64,000 nucleotides of DNA, taken from Eledone cirrhosa. Its lineage: Eukaryota. This document shows positions 36,307-52,200 of this stretch, piece by piece (the first letter of the stretch is position 1; the number at the start of each line of letters is the position of its first letter). Both the position numbers and the translations under genes were made by a program. The stretch is taken from the NCBI GenBank assembly GCA_964016885.1, contig OZ024741.1, forward strand, positions 87,296,001 through 87,360,000, in the 5' to 3' direction. The notes under the pieces were generated by a model. The model ran no database searches. It had not been told where the DNA came from and was given only the letters and a program-made list of their open reading frames with translations.

Positions 36307-37252
36307 CAGGAGTGGGGAACCTTTTCATATTGAAAGGCCGCATTAAGTTACTTATAATATAAGACTGCATTCAAGAAACAATAATTATATATTCTGAAAA
36401 TCTAAATTATTTTGTAAAAAATCTAATTACTATGTACTAATTATCTAAAAGACGAAAACAAAATTAATTTTAAAGCTTTTAATGACTCTGTTGTGGCTGC
36501 TTGTTGTAAGAAAGCGTTTTGATATTTGTTTAAAACATGGTGGTCCAAAATTTCAACTGAACCTCTAGATGAGCATCCCGCATTTGTGATCTCAAAGGCA
36601 TCTTGATTTTGGTTAGGTAGGAGAATGTAGATTCGCATCAATAAGTGGTTGAAAAGCAAGAGAGTATTTTTCGTAGACGCCGTTGAAGGTATGGGTAAAC
36701 TTTTGAATTTTCTATATCTCAATCAGATCTTTCTTAGCGTCAAATAGTTATCTTATAATATCATCTGAGAGCTCAATAATTATTTAGGAGCCTTGGAGAT
36801 ATTAAAACTAGGTGAAGTGGAAAAGCTAATTTGTGTGTGATACCACTATTCTCAAAACCAGTGAACCTTTCATTGTATTCTCTAATTAATAGGGCTATAT
36901 CAGCTGTGTATTCTTCAAATGGTTCGCATGAATTCTCCTGGACTTCAATAGCCATTGCTAACTGGGGGAAATTTTCACACTAATTTCCTTTTGAAGAAGA
37001 AATGTTTTGAAAAAATATAGCATTTTTCGAAATGCGTAAATTGTTTGTCATATATCATATATAGACTGAGTTCTATCTTGTAAAGAAATATTCAAATCAT
37101 TTTGTTTTGACATATCACACAGAAATGCAGCCTTTCTATAAACATTCTCTTTCAATAATTCACATTGCAGATTATTTTCTTCGGTTCTCCCAAAGATAAA
37201 TCTTTTTATAACATCTCTCTCTCTGTGATAATTAATGCACTTTAGAATGGTG
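36307..37252 (-). mobile_element. Second decayed hAT copy, inverted relative to 30766-31704
   Basis: Same peptides (KAAFLCDMSKQNDLNISLQ; AIEVQENSCEP..YNERFTGFENS); TIR CAGGAGTGGGGAACC at 36307. Confidence 0.75.
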
Positions 37253-37695
37253 ACACAAATATACATTATATACCGCATCGTCCAATTTTAGCATGCTACG
37301 AAGCTGATGGTGCCATGTTCCATTTGCACGAATGTAGTTAACAATATTTATACACCATATTTCTGAGACCGGCTTATGTCACCAGACCATGATGACCGTT
37401 CGGTGACGTCATCAGATGTAATGAACATACACAATTTAGTTCAGCAATCTCTATTTGGTTACAACAAAGAATTGATACGCGGCTAGCAGTGTCATCAACA
37501 CGGCGAAGAGCCTCTATATGCTTAAACAATCGATAATGGTATGTATTGTGGGTTAGTATACGCAATCAAAGGGATGTATGCGTGTTTGACGGTGACATTC
37601 CAGCCAAGGGTTGATATGTGATGCTATCAATTACAGCCTCTCGCACATCCACCCCAAACCATTAGTTCAATGTATTCAACCAAGGTCAGGATGTG

Positions 37696-37751
<56 letters not shown>

Positions 37752-37756
<5 letters not shown>

Positions 37757-37962
37757 TGTATGTATAGTATATTTGGCAATATATTGTACGTTTAATTAAA
37801 AGCTTTTGAAGACCTTTCGCTATGTCGATAACTCTTTGTTTTTCCCGAGAATAAGTAAGTGATATAGTCACTACTTTAAAACTCATAGCGAATGGTCTTC
37901 AAAATGTTTTTAGTTAAACATACACTATATTGCCAAATATACTATACTATACATACATTTAT
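37752..37962. repeat. ~75-bp inverted repeat with ~58-bp spacer (MITE-like foldback) between (TA)n tracts
   Basis: ..TATATTTGGCAATATA..TTTTGAAGACCTTTCGCTATG pairs with CATAGCGAATGGTCTTCAAAA..TATATTGCCAAATATA. Confidence 0.8.
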
Positions 37963-38011
37963 AGATCGCTATTTCAGAGCACCAATATTAATATATATAT
38001 ATATATATATA

Positions 38012-40475
38012 AATTGTTAATTTAACCTCTAAAGAATTAACAACAGACCAAATCAACATACTCTCCAAAGGTCTAAAATTTACACCAACTCCCCAACAAC
38101 CAAACTACCCCGAAATGAAGGAAGATATTGCAGAATTCTGTAGAAAACTAAGACTCAGCGAGCAACTATACGACAAATACAATGAAGATGACTCAATAGC
38201 CAGAAATAGAAGCAATTACACCCCACCAAAAGGCAAGAACAAATTCCTCGATCAATTCTGCGAACACATTACTTATTACCCATACCACCACCTACACAGA
38301 CATAAACAGAAACCAAACCTAAGCAAAAAAGAATGGAATGGTCTTAACAGTCTAAAAAATAACAAAACCCTAACAATCAAAGAGACGGATAAAGGGAGTG
38401 TAGTAGTCCTTATGGAGACAGATTATTACACGACTCTAGTACTCTCAACTCTAGAAAACCAAACATATTATGAAAAGGCCCAACACTACACACAACAGAA
38501 AATAATGAGAAAGCCAAAATCCCTAACAACCCTTTACAAAGAAGGCCTTACAGACAAGGAATACAACTACATCACCAATTTCAAAAGCAGAACCAGCCTC
38601 TTCTATGGTATCCCAAAGACACACAAAATCGAAATAATAGGTAGGGCCTGCAAGCATGCCACAGACGTTTACATCAATATAGCCCCTCCTGGTGACCTTA
38701 AATTAAGACCCATAATAGCAGGCACCACATGTGAAACCCACCGCCTAAGCAACTTCCTAGATATTCTGCTTAAACCTTTCCTAAAACACATAAAAAGCTT
38801 TATAAAGGACGACCTTGACATGCTCAACCACCTCTCAACAACACTCAATAATGAACATACCCTACTAGTAACCTTTGATGTCATCAATTTATATTCCAAT
38901 ATCCCATACAATTCTGGCTTGAAAATTTCCCTAGTGAACTCCCACAGCGCATCCCTAAAGAATTTGTGTTGGAGGGACTCAAATTCATCTTGGAAAACAA
39001 TTTCTTCGAATTCAATGCCAAATACTACAGACAGAAATCTGGAACTGCCATGGGCACGAAAGTAGCCCCCTCATACGCAAACCTTGTCATGGGATATTTG
39101 GAAACCACTCTCTACCGCAAAGTTCTAGACAAATACGGCAACCACTTCTACCAACACATAGAAAAGAACTGGAAGAAATATCTGGACGACTGCTCCGTCC
39201 TCTGGCATGAAAAAAGTATAGATAGACTGTTTGAGTTTAAAACCCTTCTGAATGGACTCAACACAAACTTACAATTCACAATAGATTACAGCCATGAACA
39301 ACTCCCTTTCCTCGACATCCTCATCAAGAAAACAAACAACAAAATAGAAACAGACATATACTACAAACCCACAGACTCCAAAAAATACCTCCCATTCAAC
39401 TCGTGCCACCCTAGACACACCAAAATGGGAATTCCTTATAACCTAGCCAAAAGGATCTGCACAATAGTTTCAGATAAATACACATGCTACACACGACTAG
39501 AAAAATTAAAAAACTCACTTATCAGCAGAAACTACCCACCATCCCTAATCAACAATGGATTCCAACGTGCCCTAAAATCGACATCCAGGAACTCAGACAC
39601 CCCAAACCCAGGAATGAACTGCAACAAAAAACTCTACCATACATCTCCACACACAATCCCCTCAACAATGAGGCATCCGACACCATCCTCCAGAACATTT
39701 CTTTACTAAAAAGAGACCCAAGAATGAACAAAATCCTCCAAACACACAACATCATAAAGAGCAAAAGACAACCTAAATCCATAAAAAACATCCTCACACA
39801 AGCCAAAATCCAACAAACACTCACAATGAACCCTACAATAAGAAAATGCGGAAGGCCCAACTGTAACATATGCATAAATCTAATGGAAGGTTCAACATTC
39901 CATTTTAAACAAGGACAACATTTCACAGTTAAACACAACTTTACATGTGCATCTGAAAACCTAATCTATGTTTTGACCTGCTCAGGTTGTCAAGAGCACT
40001 ACATAGGACAGACAAAAAACAACCTCCGTCAAAGTATGACCGCCATAAATCACAAATTAAAATACAGGAATACAGAAAGATTGCATTTAGTGAACATATC
40101 GATAATTGTGCGCACAACCAACATCCAAACTTTATTATTTTCCCCATTTACAAATTCATAGACAATGCTACTTTCATCCATCGAACCAATAAGGAAACAT
40201 ATTTCATTAACAAATTCCAACCTCTACTTAATGCACAAAACTTCGGACCAAAGTAAAACTGGAACAAACAATCAATCATTTGCAAGAGTTACCGCCCACA
40301 CACCCTACCTAATCCTTTAAAAAGGGAAATCTAAAAAGGGAAATCATATCAAACCCCAGTCCACCATTTGCCTCCATAGTGGAATCATGGATCAACTAAG
40401 CACCCTTGCTATATTAACACATTTTGATCTGCTTAACTTCAAGAACTATGCCTATAAGTAACATTATTTACAGGC
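38012..40475 (+). mobile_element. Neptune-like Penelope-like retroelement, near full-length ORF with frameshifts
   Basis: IVNLTS..LSKGLKFTPTP, TDKGSVVV, RPIIAG, FDVINLYSNIP, GTAMGTKVAPSYANLVMG, YLDD, YYKPTD, KCGRPNCNIC, NLIYVLTCSGCQEHYIGQT. Preceded by (TA)n. Confidence 0.9.
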
Positions 40476-40491
40476 ATATTTACACCACTTG

Positions 40492-43252
40492 CGTTGTAGA
40501 CTGTGTCTGTGTACCAAGTGGTGTATATGTTGTAGACTGTGTCTGTGTACCAAGTGATGTATGTGTTGTAGACTGTGTCTTTGTACCAAGTGATGTATGT
40601 GTTGTAGACTGTGTCTGTGTACCAAGTAATCTATGTGTTGTAGACTGTGTCTGTGTACCAAGTGAGGTATGTGTTGTAGACTGAGTCTTTGTACCAAGTG
40701 GTGTATGTGTTGTAGACTGTCCGTGTACCGAGTGGTGTATGCGTTGTAGACTGTGTCTGTGTACCAAGTGGTGTATGTGTTGTGGACTGTGTCTGTGTAC
40801 CAAGTGGTGTACGTGCGTTGTAGACTGTGTCTGTGTACCAAGTGATGTATATGTGGTAGGCTGTGTCTGTGTACCAGGTGATGTATGTGTTGTAGACTGT
40901 GTCTGTGTACCAAGTGAGGTATGTGTGTTGTAGAATGTGTCTGTGTACCAAGTGATGTATGTGTTGTAGACTGTGTCTGTGTACCAAGTGATGTATGTGT
41001 TGTAGAGTGTGTCTGTGTACCAAGTGGTGTATGTGTTGTAGAATGTGTCAGTGTACCAAGTGATGTATGTGTTGTAGACTGTGTCTATGTATCAAGTGGT
41101 GTATGTGTTGTAGACTGTGTCTGTGTACCAAGTGGTGTATGTGTTGTAGACTGTGTCTGTGGACCAAATGATGTATGTGTTGTAGACTGTGTCTGTGTAC
41201 CAAGTGGTGTATATGTTGTAGACTGTGTCTGTGTACCAAGTGATGTATGTGTTGTAGACTGTGTCTGTGTAACAAGTGAGGTATGTGTGTTGTAGACTGT
41301 GTCTGTGTACCAAGTAATCTATGTGTTGTAGACTGTGTCTGTGTACCAAGTGATGTATGTGTTGTAGACTGAGTCTTTGTACCAAGTGGTGTATGTGTTG
41401 TAGACTGTCCGTGTACCGAGTGGTGTATGCGTTGTGGACTGTGTCTGTGTACCAAGTGGTGTATGTGTTGTGGACTGTGTCTGTGTACCAAGTGGTGTAC
41501 GTGTTGTAGAGTGTGTCTATGTTCCAAGTGGTGTATATATTGTTGACTGTGTCTGTGTACCTAGTGATGTATGTGTTGTAGACTGTGTCTGTGTACCAAG
41601 TGGTGTATGTGTTGTAGACTGTGTCTATGTACCAAGTGGTGTATGTATTGTAGACTGTGTCTGTGTACCAAGTGGTGTATGTGTGTTGTAGACTGTATCT
41701 GTGTTCCAAGTGATGTATATATGTTGTAGACTGTGTCTGTGTACCAAGAGGTGTATGTGTTGTAGACTCTGTCTGTGTACCAAGTGATGTATGTGTTGTA
41801 GACTGTATCTGTGTACCAAGTGGTGTATGTGTTGTAGACTGTGTCTGTGTACCAAGTGGTGTATGTGTTGTAGACTGTGTCTATGTACCAAGTGGTGTAT
41901 GTGTTGTAGACTGTGTCTATGTACCAAGTGGTGTATGTGTTGTAGACTGTGTCTGTGTACCAAGTGGTGTATGTGTTGTAGACTGTGTCTGTGTACCAAG
42001 TGGTGTATGTGTTGTAGAATGTGTCAGTGTACCAAGTGATGTATGTGTTGTAGACTGTGTCTGTGTACCAAGTGATGTATGTGTTGTAGACTGTGTCTGT
42101 GTACCAAGTGATGAATGTGTTGTAGACTGTGTCTGTGTACCAAGTGGTGTATGTGTTGTAGACTGTGTCTGTGTAACAAGTGGTGTATGTGTTGTAGAAT
42201 GTGTCAGTGTACCAAGTGATGTATGTGTTGTAGACTGTGTCTGTGTACCAAATGATGTATGTGTTGTAGACTGTGTCTGTGTACCAAGTGGTGTATGTGT
42301 TGTAGAATGTGTCAGTGTACCAAGTGATGTATGTGTTGTAGACTGTGTCTGTGTACCAAGTAATCTATGTGTTGTAGACTGTGTCTGTGTACCAAGTGAG
42401 GTATGTGTTGTAGACTGTGTCTGTGTACCAAGTGGTGTATGTGTTGTAGACTGTGTCTATGTACCAAGTGGTGTATGTGTTGTAGACTGTGTCTGTGTAC
42501 CAAGTGATGTATGTGTTGTAGACTGTATCTGTGTACCAAGAGGTGTATGTGTTGTAGACTGTGTCTGTGTACCAAGTGATGTATGTATTGTAGACTGTAT
42601 CTGTGTACCAAGTGGTGTATGTGTTGTAGACTGTGTCTATGTACCAAGTGGTGTATGTGTTGTAGACTGTGTCTGTGTACCAAGTGGTGTATCTGTTGTA
42701 GACTGTGTCTGTGTACCAAGTGGTGTATGTGTTGTAGAATGTGTCAGTGTACCAAGTGATGTATGTGTTGTAGACTGTGTCTGTGTACCAAGTGATGTAT
42801 GTGTTGTAGACTGTGTCTGTGTACCAAGTGGTGTATGTGTTGTAGAATGTGTCAGTGTAGGAAGTGATGTATGTGTTGTAGACTGTGTCTGTGTACCAAG
42901 TGATGTATGTGTTGTAGACTGTGTCTGTGTACCAAGTGGTGTATGTGTTGTAGAATGTGTCAGTGTAGCAAGTGATGTATGTGTTGTAGACTGTGTCTGT
43001 GTACCAAGTGATGTATGTGTTGTAGACTGTGTCTGTGTACCAAGTGGTGTATGTGTTGTAGACTGTGTCTGTGTACCAAGTGGTGTATGTGTTGTAGAAT
43101 GTGTCAGTGTACTAAGTGATGTATGTGTTGTAGACTGTGTCTGTGTACCAAGTGATGTATGTGTTGTAGACTGTGTCTGTGTACCAAGTGGTGTATGTGT
43201 TGTAGAATGTGTCAGTGTACCAAGTGATGTATATGTTGTAGACTGTGTCTGT
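40492..43252 (-). repeat. 36-bp minisatellite, inverted block
   Basis: Units GTG(G/A)TGTATGTGTTGTAGACTGTGTCTGTGTACCAA, the reverse complement of the main array. Confidence 0.97.
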
Positions 43253-46200
43253 GACAGTCTACAACACATACACCACTTGGTACAAAGACTCAGTCTACAA
43301 CACATACCTCACTTGGTACACAGACACAGTCTACAACACATAGATTACTTGGTACACAGACACAGTCTACAACACATACATCACTTGGTACACAGACACA
43401 GTCTACAACATATACACTACTTGGTGCACAGACACAGTCTACAACACATACACCACTTGGTACACAGACACAGTCTACAACACACATAACTCACTTGTTA
43501 AACAGACACAGTCTACAACACATACATCACTTGGTACACAGACACAGCCTACAACACATACACCACTTGGTACACAGACACAGTCTACAACACATACATC
43601 ACTTGGAACACAGACACAGTCTACAACACACATACCTCACCTGGTACACAGACACAGTCTACAACACATACACCACTTGGTACACAGACACAGTCTACAA
43701 CACATACACAGTCTACAACACACATACACCACTTGGTACACAGACACAGTCTACAACACATACATCACTTGGTACACAGACACAGTCTACAACACATACA
43801 TCACTTGGTACACAGACACAGTCTACAACATATACACTACTTGGTGCACAGACACAGTCTACAACACATACACCACTTGGTACACAGACACAGTCTACAA
43901 CACACATAACTCACTTGTTAAACAGACACAGTCTACAACACATACATCACTTGGTACACAGACACAGTCTACAACACATACACCACTTGGTACACAGACA
44001 CACTCTAACACATATACACCATTTGGTACACAGACACAGACTACAACACATACCTCACTTGGTACACAGACACAGTCAACAACCCACATACACCACTTGG
44101 TACACAGACACAGTCTACAGCACATACACCACTTGGTATGGTACACAGACACAGTCTATAACACATACCTCACTTGGTACATAGACACAGTCTACAGCAC
44201 ATACACCACTTGGTACACAGACACAGTCTACAACACATACACCACTTGGTACACAGACACAGTCTACAGCACATACACCACTTGGTACACAGACACAGTC
44301 TACAACACATACACCACTTGGTACACAGACACAGTCTACAACAGATACACCACTTGGTACACAGACACAGTCTACAACACATACACCACTTGGTACACAG
44401 ACACAGTCTACAACACATACACCACTAGGTACACTGACACAGTCTAAAACACATACACCACTTGGTACACAGACAGTCTACAACAGATACACCACTTGGT
44501 ACACAGACACAGTCTAAAACACATACACCACTAGGTACACTGACACAGTCTACAACACACACCACTTGGTACACAGACAGTCTACAACAGATACACCACT
44601 TGGTACACAGACACAGTCTACAACACATACACCACTTGGTACACAGACACAGTCTACAACACACATACCTCACTTGGTACACTGACACAGTCTAAAACAC
44701 ACACACCACTTGGTACACAGACAGTCTACAACAGATACACCACTTGGTACACAGACACAGTCTACAACACATACATCACATGGTACACAGACACAGTCTA
44801 CAACACATACACCACTTGGTACACAGACACAGTCTACAATACATACATCATTTGGTACATAGACTCAGTCTACAACACAGATACAACACTTGGTACACAG
44901 ACACAGTCTACAACACATACATCGCTTGGTACACAGACACAGTCTACAACACATACACCACTTGGTACACAGACACAGTCTACAACACATACATCATTTG
45001 ATACACAGACACAGTCTACAACACATATATCATTGGTACACAGACACAGTCTACAACTCATACACCACTTGGTACACAGACACAGTCTACAACACATACA
45101 CCACTTGGTACACAGACACATTCTACAACACATACATCATTTGGTACACAGACACAGGCTACAACACATATGTCATTGGTACACAGACACAGTCTACAAC
45201 ATATACTTCACTTCGTACACAGACACAGTCTATAACACATACATCACTTGGTACACCGACACAGTCTACAACACATACCTCACTTGGTACACAGACACAG
45301 TCTACAACACATACACCACTTGGTACACAGACACAGTCTACAACACATATACCACTTGGTACACAGACAGAGTCTACCACATATACACCACTTGGTACAC
45401 AGACACAGTCTACAACACATACCTCAATTGGTACACAGACACAGTCTACAACACACATACACCACTTGGTACACAGACACAGTCTACAACACATACCTCA
45501 CTTGGTACACAGACACAGTCTACAACACATACACCACTTGGTACACAGACACATTCTACAACACATACACCACTTGGTACACAGACACAGTCTACAACAT
45601 ATACCTCACTTGGTACACAGACACAGTCTACAACACATACACCACTTGGTACACAGACACAGTCTACAACACATACCTCAATTGGTACACAGACACAGTC
45701 TACAACACACATACCCCATTTGGTACACCGACACAGTCTACAACACATACATCACTTAGTACACAGACACAGTATACAACACATACACCACTTGGTACAC
45801 AGACACAGTCTACAACACATATACCACTTGGTACACAGATACAGTCTACCACACATACACCACTTGGTACACCGACACAGTCTACAACACATACCTCACT
45901 TCGTACACAGACACAGTCTACAACACACATACCCCACTTGGTACACAGACACAGTCTACAACACATACCTCAATTGGTACACAGACAGAGTCTACCACAT
46001 ATACACCACTTGGTACACAGACACAGTCTACAACACATACCTCAATTGGTACACAGACACAGTCTACAACACACATACACCACTTGGTACACAGACAGTC
46101 TACAACACATACCTCACTTGGTACACAGACACAGTCTACAACACACATACCCCACTTGGTACACAGACACAGTCTACAACACATACACCACTTGGTACAC

Positions 46201-49200
46201 AGACACATTCTACAACACATACATCACTTGGTACACAGACACAATCTACAACACACATACCTCACTTGGTACACAGACACAGTCTATACCGCATACATCA
46301 CTTGGTACACAGATACAGTCTACAACACATACATCACTTGGTACACAGACACGGTCTACAACACATACACCACTTGGTACACACACACAGTCTACAACAC
46401 ATACATCACTTAGTACACAGACACAGTCTGCAACACATACATCACTTGGTACACAGACACAGTCTACAACACATACATCACTTAGTACACAGACACAGTC
46501 TACAACACATACATCACCTGGTACACAGACACAATCTACAACACACATACCTCACATGGTACACAGACACAGTCTACAACACATACATCACTTGGTACAC
46601 AGATACAGTCTACAACACATACATCACTTGGTACACAGACACAGTCTACAACACATACATCACTTGGTACACAGACACAGTCTACAACACATACATCACT
46701 TGGTACACAGATACAGTCTACAACACATACATCACTTGGTACACAGACACAGTCTACAACACATACATCACTTGGTACACAGATACAGTCTACAACACAT
46801 ACATCACCTGGTACACAGACACAATCTACAACACACATACCTCACTTGGTACACAGACACAGTCTACAACACATACATGACTTTGTACACAGACACATTC
46901 TACAACACATACATCATTTGGTACACAGACACAGTTTACAACACATACATCACATGGTACACAGACACGGTCTACAACACATACATCACTTGGTACACAG
47001 ACACAGTCTACAACACACATACCTCATTTGGTACACAGACACAGTCTACAACACATACATCACTTGGTACACAGACACAGCCTACAACACATACACCACT
47101 TGGTACACATACACAGTCTACAATACATACATCGCCTGGTACAGAGACACAGTCTACAACACATACACCACTTGGTACACAGACACAGTCTACAACACAT
47201 ACATTATTTGGTACACAGACACAGTCTACAACACATACATCACTTGGTACACAGACACAGTCTACAACACATACATCACTTGGTACACAGACACAGTCTA
47301 CCACACATACACCACTTGGTACACGGACACAGTCTACAATACATACATCACTTGGTACACAGACACAGTCTACAACACATACATCACATGGTACACAGAC
47401 ACAGTCTACAACACATACACCACTTGGTACACAGACACAGTCTACAATACATACATCATTTGGTACACAGACACAGGCTACAATACAGATACACCACTTG
47501 GTACACAGACACAGACTACAACACATACATCGCTTGGTACACAGACACAGTCTACAACACATACACCACTTGGTACACAGACACAGTCTACAACACATAC
47601 ATCATTTGATACACAGACACAGTCTAAAACACATATATCATTGGTACACAGACACAGTCTACAACACATACACCACTTGGTACACAGACACAGTCTACAA
47701 CACATACATCACTTGGTACACAGACACGGTCTACAACACATACACCACTTGGTACACACACACAGTCTACAACACATACATCACTTAGTACACAGACACA
47801 GTCTGCAACACATACATCACTTGGTACACAGACACAATCTACAACACATACATCACTTAGTACACAGACACAGTCTACAACACATACATCACCTGGTACA
47901 CAGACACAATCTACAACACACATACCTCACTTGGTACACAGACACAGTCTACAACACATACATCACTTGGTACACAGATACAGTCTACAACACATACATC
48001 ACTTGGTACACAGACACAGTCTACAACACATACATCACTTGGTACACAGACACAGTCTACAACACATACATCACTTGGTACACAGACAGTCTACAACACA
48101 TACATCACCTGGTACACAGACACAATCTACAACACACATACCTCACTTGGTACACAGACACAGTCTACAACACATAGATCACTTTGTACACAGACACATT
48201 CTACAACACATACATCATTTGGTACACAGACACAGTTTACAACACATACATCACATGGTACACAGACACGGTCTACAACACATACATCACTTGGTACACA
48301 GACACAGTCTACAACACACATACCTCATTTGGTACACAGACACAGTCTACAACACATACATCACTTGGTACACAGACACAGCCTACAACACATACACCAC
48401 TTGGTACACATACACAGTCTACGATACATACAACATTTGGTACACAGACACAGTCTACAACACAGATACACCACTTGGTACACAGACACAGTCTACAACA
48501 CATACATCGCTTGGTACACAGACACAGTCTACAACACATACACCACTTGGTACACAGACACAGTCTACAACACATACATCATTTGATACACAGACACAGT
48601 CTACAACACATATATCATTGGTACACAGACACAGTCTACAACACATACACCACTTGGTACACAGACACAGTCTACAACACATACACCACTTGGTACACAG
48701 ACACATTCTACAACACATACATCATTTGGTACACAGACACAGTCTACAACACATATGTCATTGGTACACAGACACAGTCTACAACACATACCTCACTTGG
48801 TACACAGACACAGTCTACAACATATACATCACTTCGTACACAGACACAGTCTACAACACATACATCGCTTGGTACACAGACACAGTCTACAACACATACA
48901 CCACTTGGTACACAGACACAGTCTACAACACATACATCATTTGATACACAGATACAGTCTACAACACATATATCATTGGTACACAGACACAGTCTACAAC
49001 ACATACCTCAATTGGTACACAGACACAGTCTACAACACACATACACCACTTGGTACACAGACACAGTCTACAACACACATACCTCACTTGATACACAGAC
49101 ACATCCACAACACACATACCCCACTTGGTACACAGACACAGTCTACAACACATACCTCACTTGGTACACAGACACAGTCTACAACACATACACCACTTGG

Positions 49201-52200
49201 TACACAGACACATTCTACAACACATACACCACTTGGTACACAGACACAGTCTACAACATATACCTCACTTGGTACACAGACACAGTCTACAACACATACA
49301 CCACTTGGTACACAGACACAGTCTACAACACATACCTCAATTGGTACACAGACACAGTCTACAACACACATACACCACTTGGTACACAGACACAGTCTAC
49401 AACACATACCTCACTTGGTACACAGACACAGTCTACAACACACATACCCCACTTGGTACACAGACACAGTCTACAACACATACACCACTTGGTACACAGA
49501 CACGGTCTACAACACATACACCACTTGGTACACACACACAGTCTACAACACATACATCACTTAGTACACAGACACAGTCTGCAACACATACATCACTTGG
49601 TACACAGACACAGTCTACAACACATACATCACTTAGTACACAGACACAGTCTACAACACATACATCACCTGGTACACAGACACAATCTACAACACACATA
49701 CCTCACTTGGTACACAGACACAGTCTACAACACATACATCACTTGGTACACAGATACAGTCTACAACACATACATCACTTGGTACACAGACACAGTCTAC
49801 AACACATACATCACTTGGTACACAGACACAGTCTGCAACACATACATCACTTGGTACACAGACACAATCTACAACACACATACCTCACTTGGTACACAGA
49901 CACAGTCTACAACACATACATCACTTTGTACACAGATACAGTCTACAACACATACATCACTTAGTACACAGACACAGTCTACAACACATACATCACCTGG
50001 TACACAGACACAATCTACAACACACATACCTCACTTGGTACACATACACAGTCTACAACACATACATCACTTGGTACACAGATACAGTCTACAACACATA
50101 CATCACTTGGTACACATAGACAGTCTACAATACATGCATCGCCTGGTACACAGACACAGTCTACAACACATACATCACTTGGTACACAGACAGTCTACAA
50201 CACATACGTCACCTGCTACACAGACACAGTCTACAACACATACACCACTTGGTACACATACACATTCTACAACACATACACCACTTGGTACACAGACACA
50301 GTCTACAACACATACATCACTTGGTACATGGACACAGTCCACAACACATACACCACTTGGTACACAGACACAGTCTACAACACACATACATCACCTGGTA
50401 CACAGACACAGTCTACAACACACATACCTCACTTCGTACACAGACACAGTCTAAAACACATACACCACTTGGTACACATACACAGTCTACAACACATATA
50501 CACCACTTGGTACACAGACACAGTCTACAACACATATGCCACTTGCTACACAGACACAGTCTACAACACATACACCACTTGGTACACAGACACAGTCTAC
50601 AACACATACACCTCTTGGTACACAGACAGAGTCTACAACACATACATCACTTGGTACACAGACACAGTCTACAACACATACACCACTTGGTACACAGACA
50701 CAGTCTACATAACATACATCACTTGGTACACAGACACAGTCTACAACACATACATCACTTGGTACACAGACACAGTCTACAACACATACATCACCTGGTA
50801 CACAGATACAGTATACAACACATACATCACTTGGTACACAGACACAGTCTACGACACATACATCATCTGGTACACATACACAGTCTACAACACATATACC
50901 ACTTGGTACACAGACACAGTCTACAACACATACATCACTTGGTGCACAGACAGTCTACAACATATACATCAGTTGGTACACAGACACAGTCTACAAAACA
51001 TACACCACCTGGTACACAGACACAGTCTACAACATATACACCACTTGGTACACAGACACAGTCTACAACACATACACCACTTGGTACACAGACAGAGTCT
51101 ACAACATATACAACACTTGGTACACAGAGACAGTCTACAATACATACATCACCTGGTACACAGACACAGTCTACAACACATACATCACTTGGTACACAGA
51201 CACAGTTTACAACACATACATCACATGGTACACAGACACGGTCTACAACACATACATCACTTGGTACACAGACACAGTCTACAACACACATACCTCATTT
51301 GGTACACAGACACAGTCTACAACACATACATCACTTGGTACACAGACACAGTCTACAACACATACATCACTTGGTACACAGACACAGTCTACAACACATA
51401 CATCACTTGGTACACAGACACAGTCTACCACACATACACCACTTGGTACACGGACACAGTCTACAATACATACATCACTTGCTACACAGACACAGTCTAC
51501 AACACATACATCATATGGTACACAGACACAGTCTACAACACATACATCACATGGTACACAGACACAGTCTACAACACATACACCACTTGGTACACAGACA
51601 CAGTCTACGATACATACATCATTTGGTACACAGACACAGTCTACAACACAGATACACCACTTGGTACACAGACACAGTCTACAACACATACATCGCTTGG
51701 TACACAGACACAGTCTACAACACATACACCACTTGGTACACAGACACAGTCTACAACACATACATCATTTGATACACAGACACAGTCTACAACACATATA
51801 TCATTGGTACACAGACACAGTCTACAACACATACACCACTTGGTACACAGACACAGTCTACAACATATACATCACTTCGTACACAGACACAGTCTACAAC
51901 ACATACATCGCTTGGTACACAGACACAGTCTACAACACATACACCACTTGGTACACAGACACAGTCTACAACACATACATCATTTGATACACAGATACAG
52001 TCTACAACACATATATCATTGGTACACAGACACAGTCTACAACACATACCTCAATTGGTACACAGACACAGTCTACAACACACATACACCACTTGGTACA
52101 CAGACAGTCTACAACACATACCTCACTTGGTTCACAGACACATTCTACAACACACATACCCCACTTGGTACACAGACACAGTCTACAACACATACCTCAC

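Noticed and set aside
37390-37420. CTGATGA on the minus strand as a hammerhead core
   Set aside because: No stem II followed by GAAA and no stem I; only a short TGATGAC/GTCATCA palindrome.
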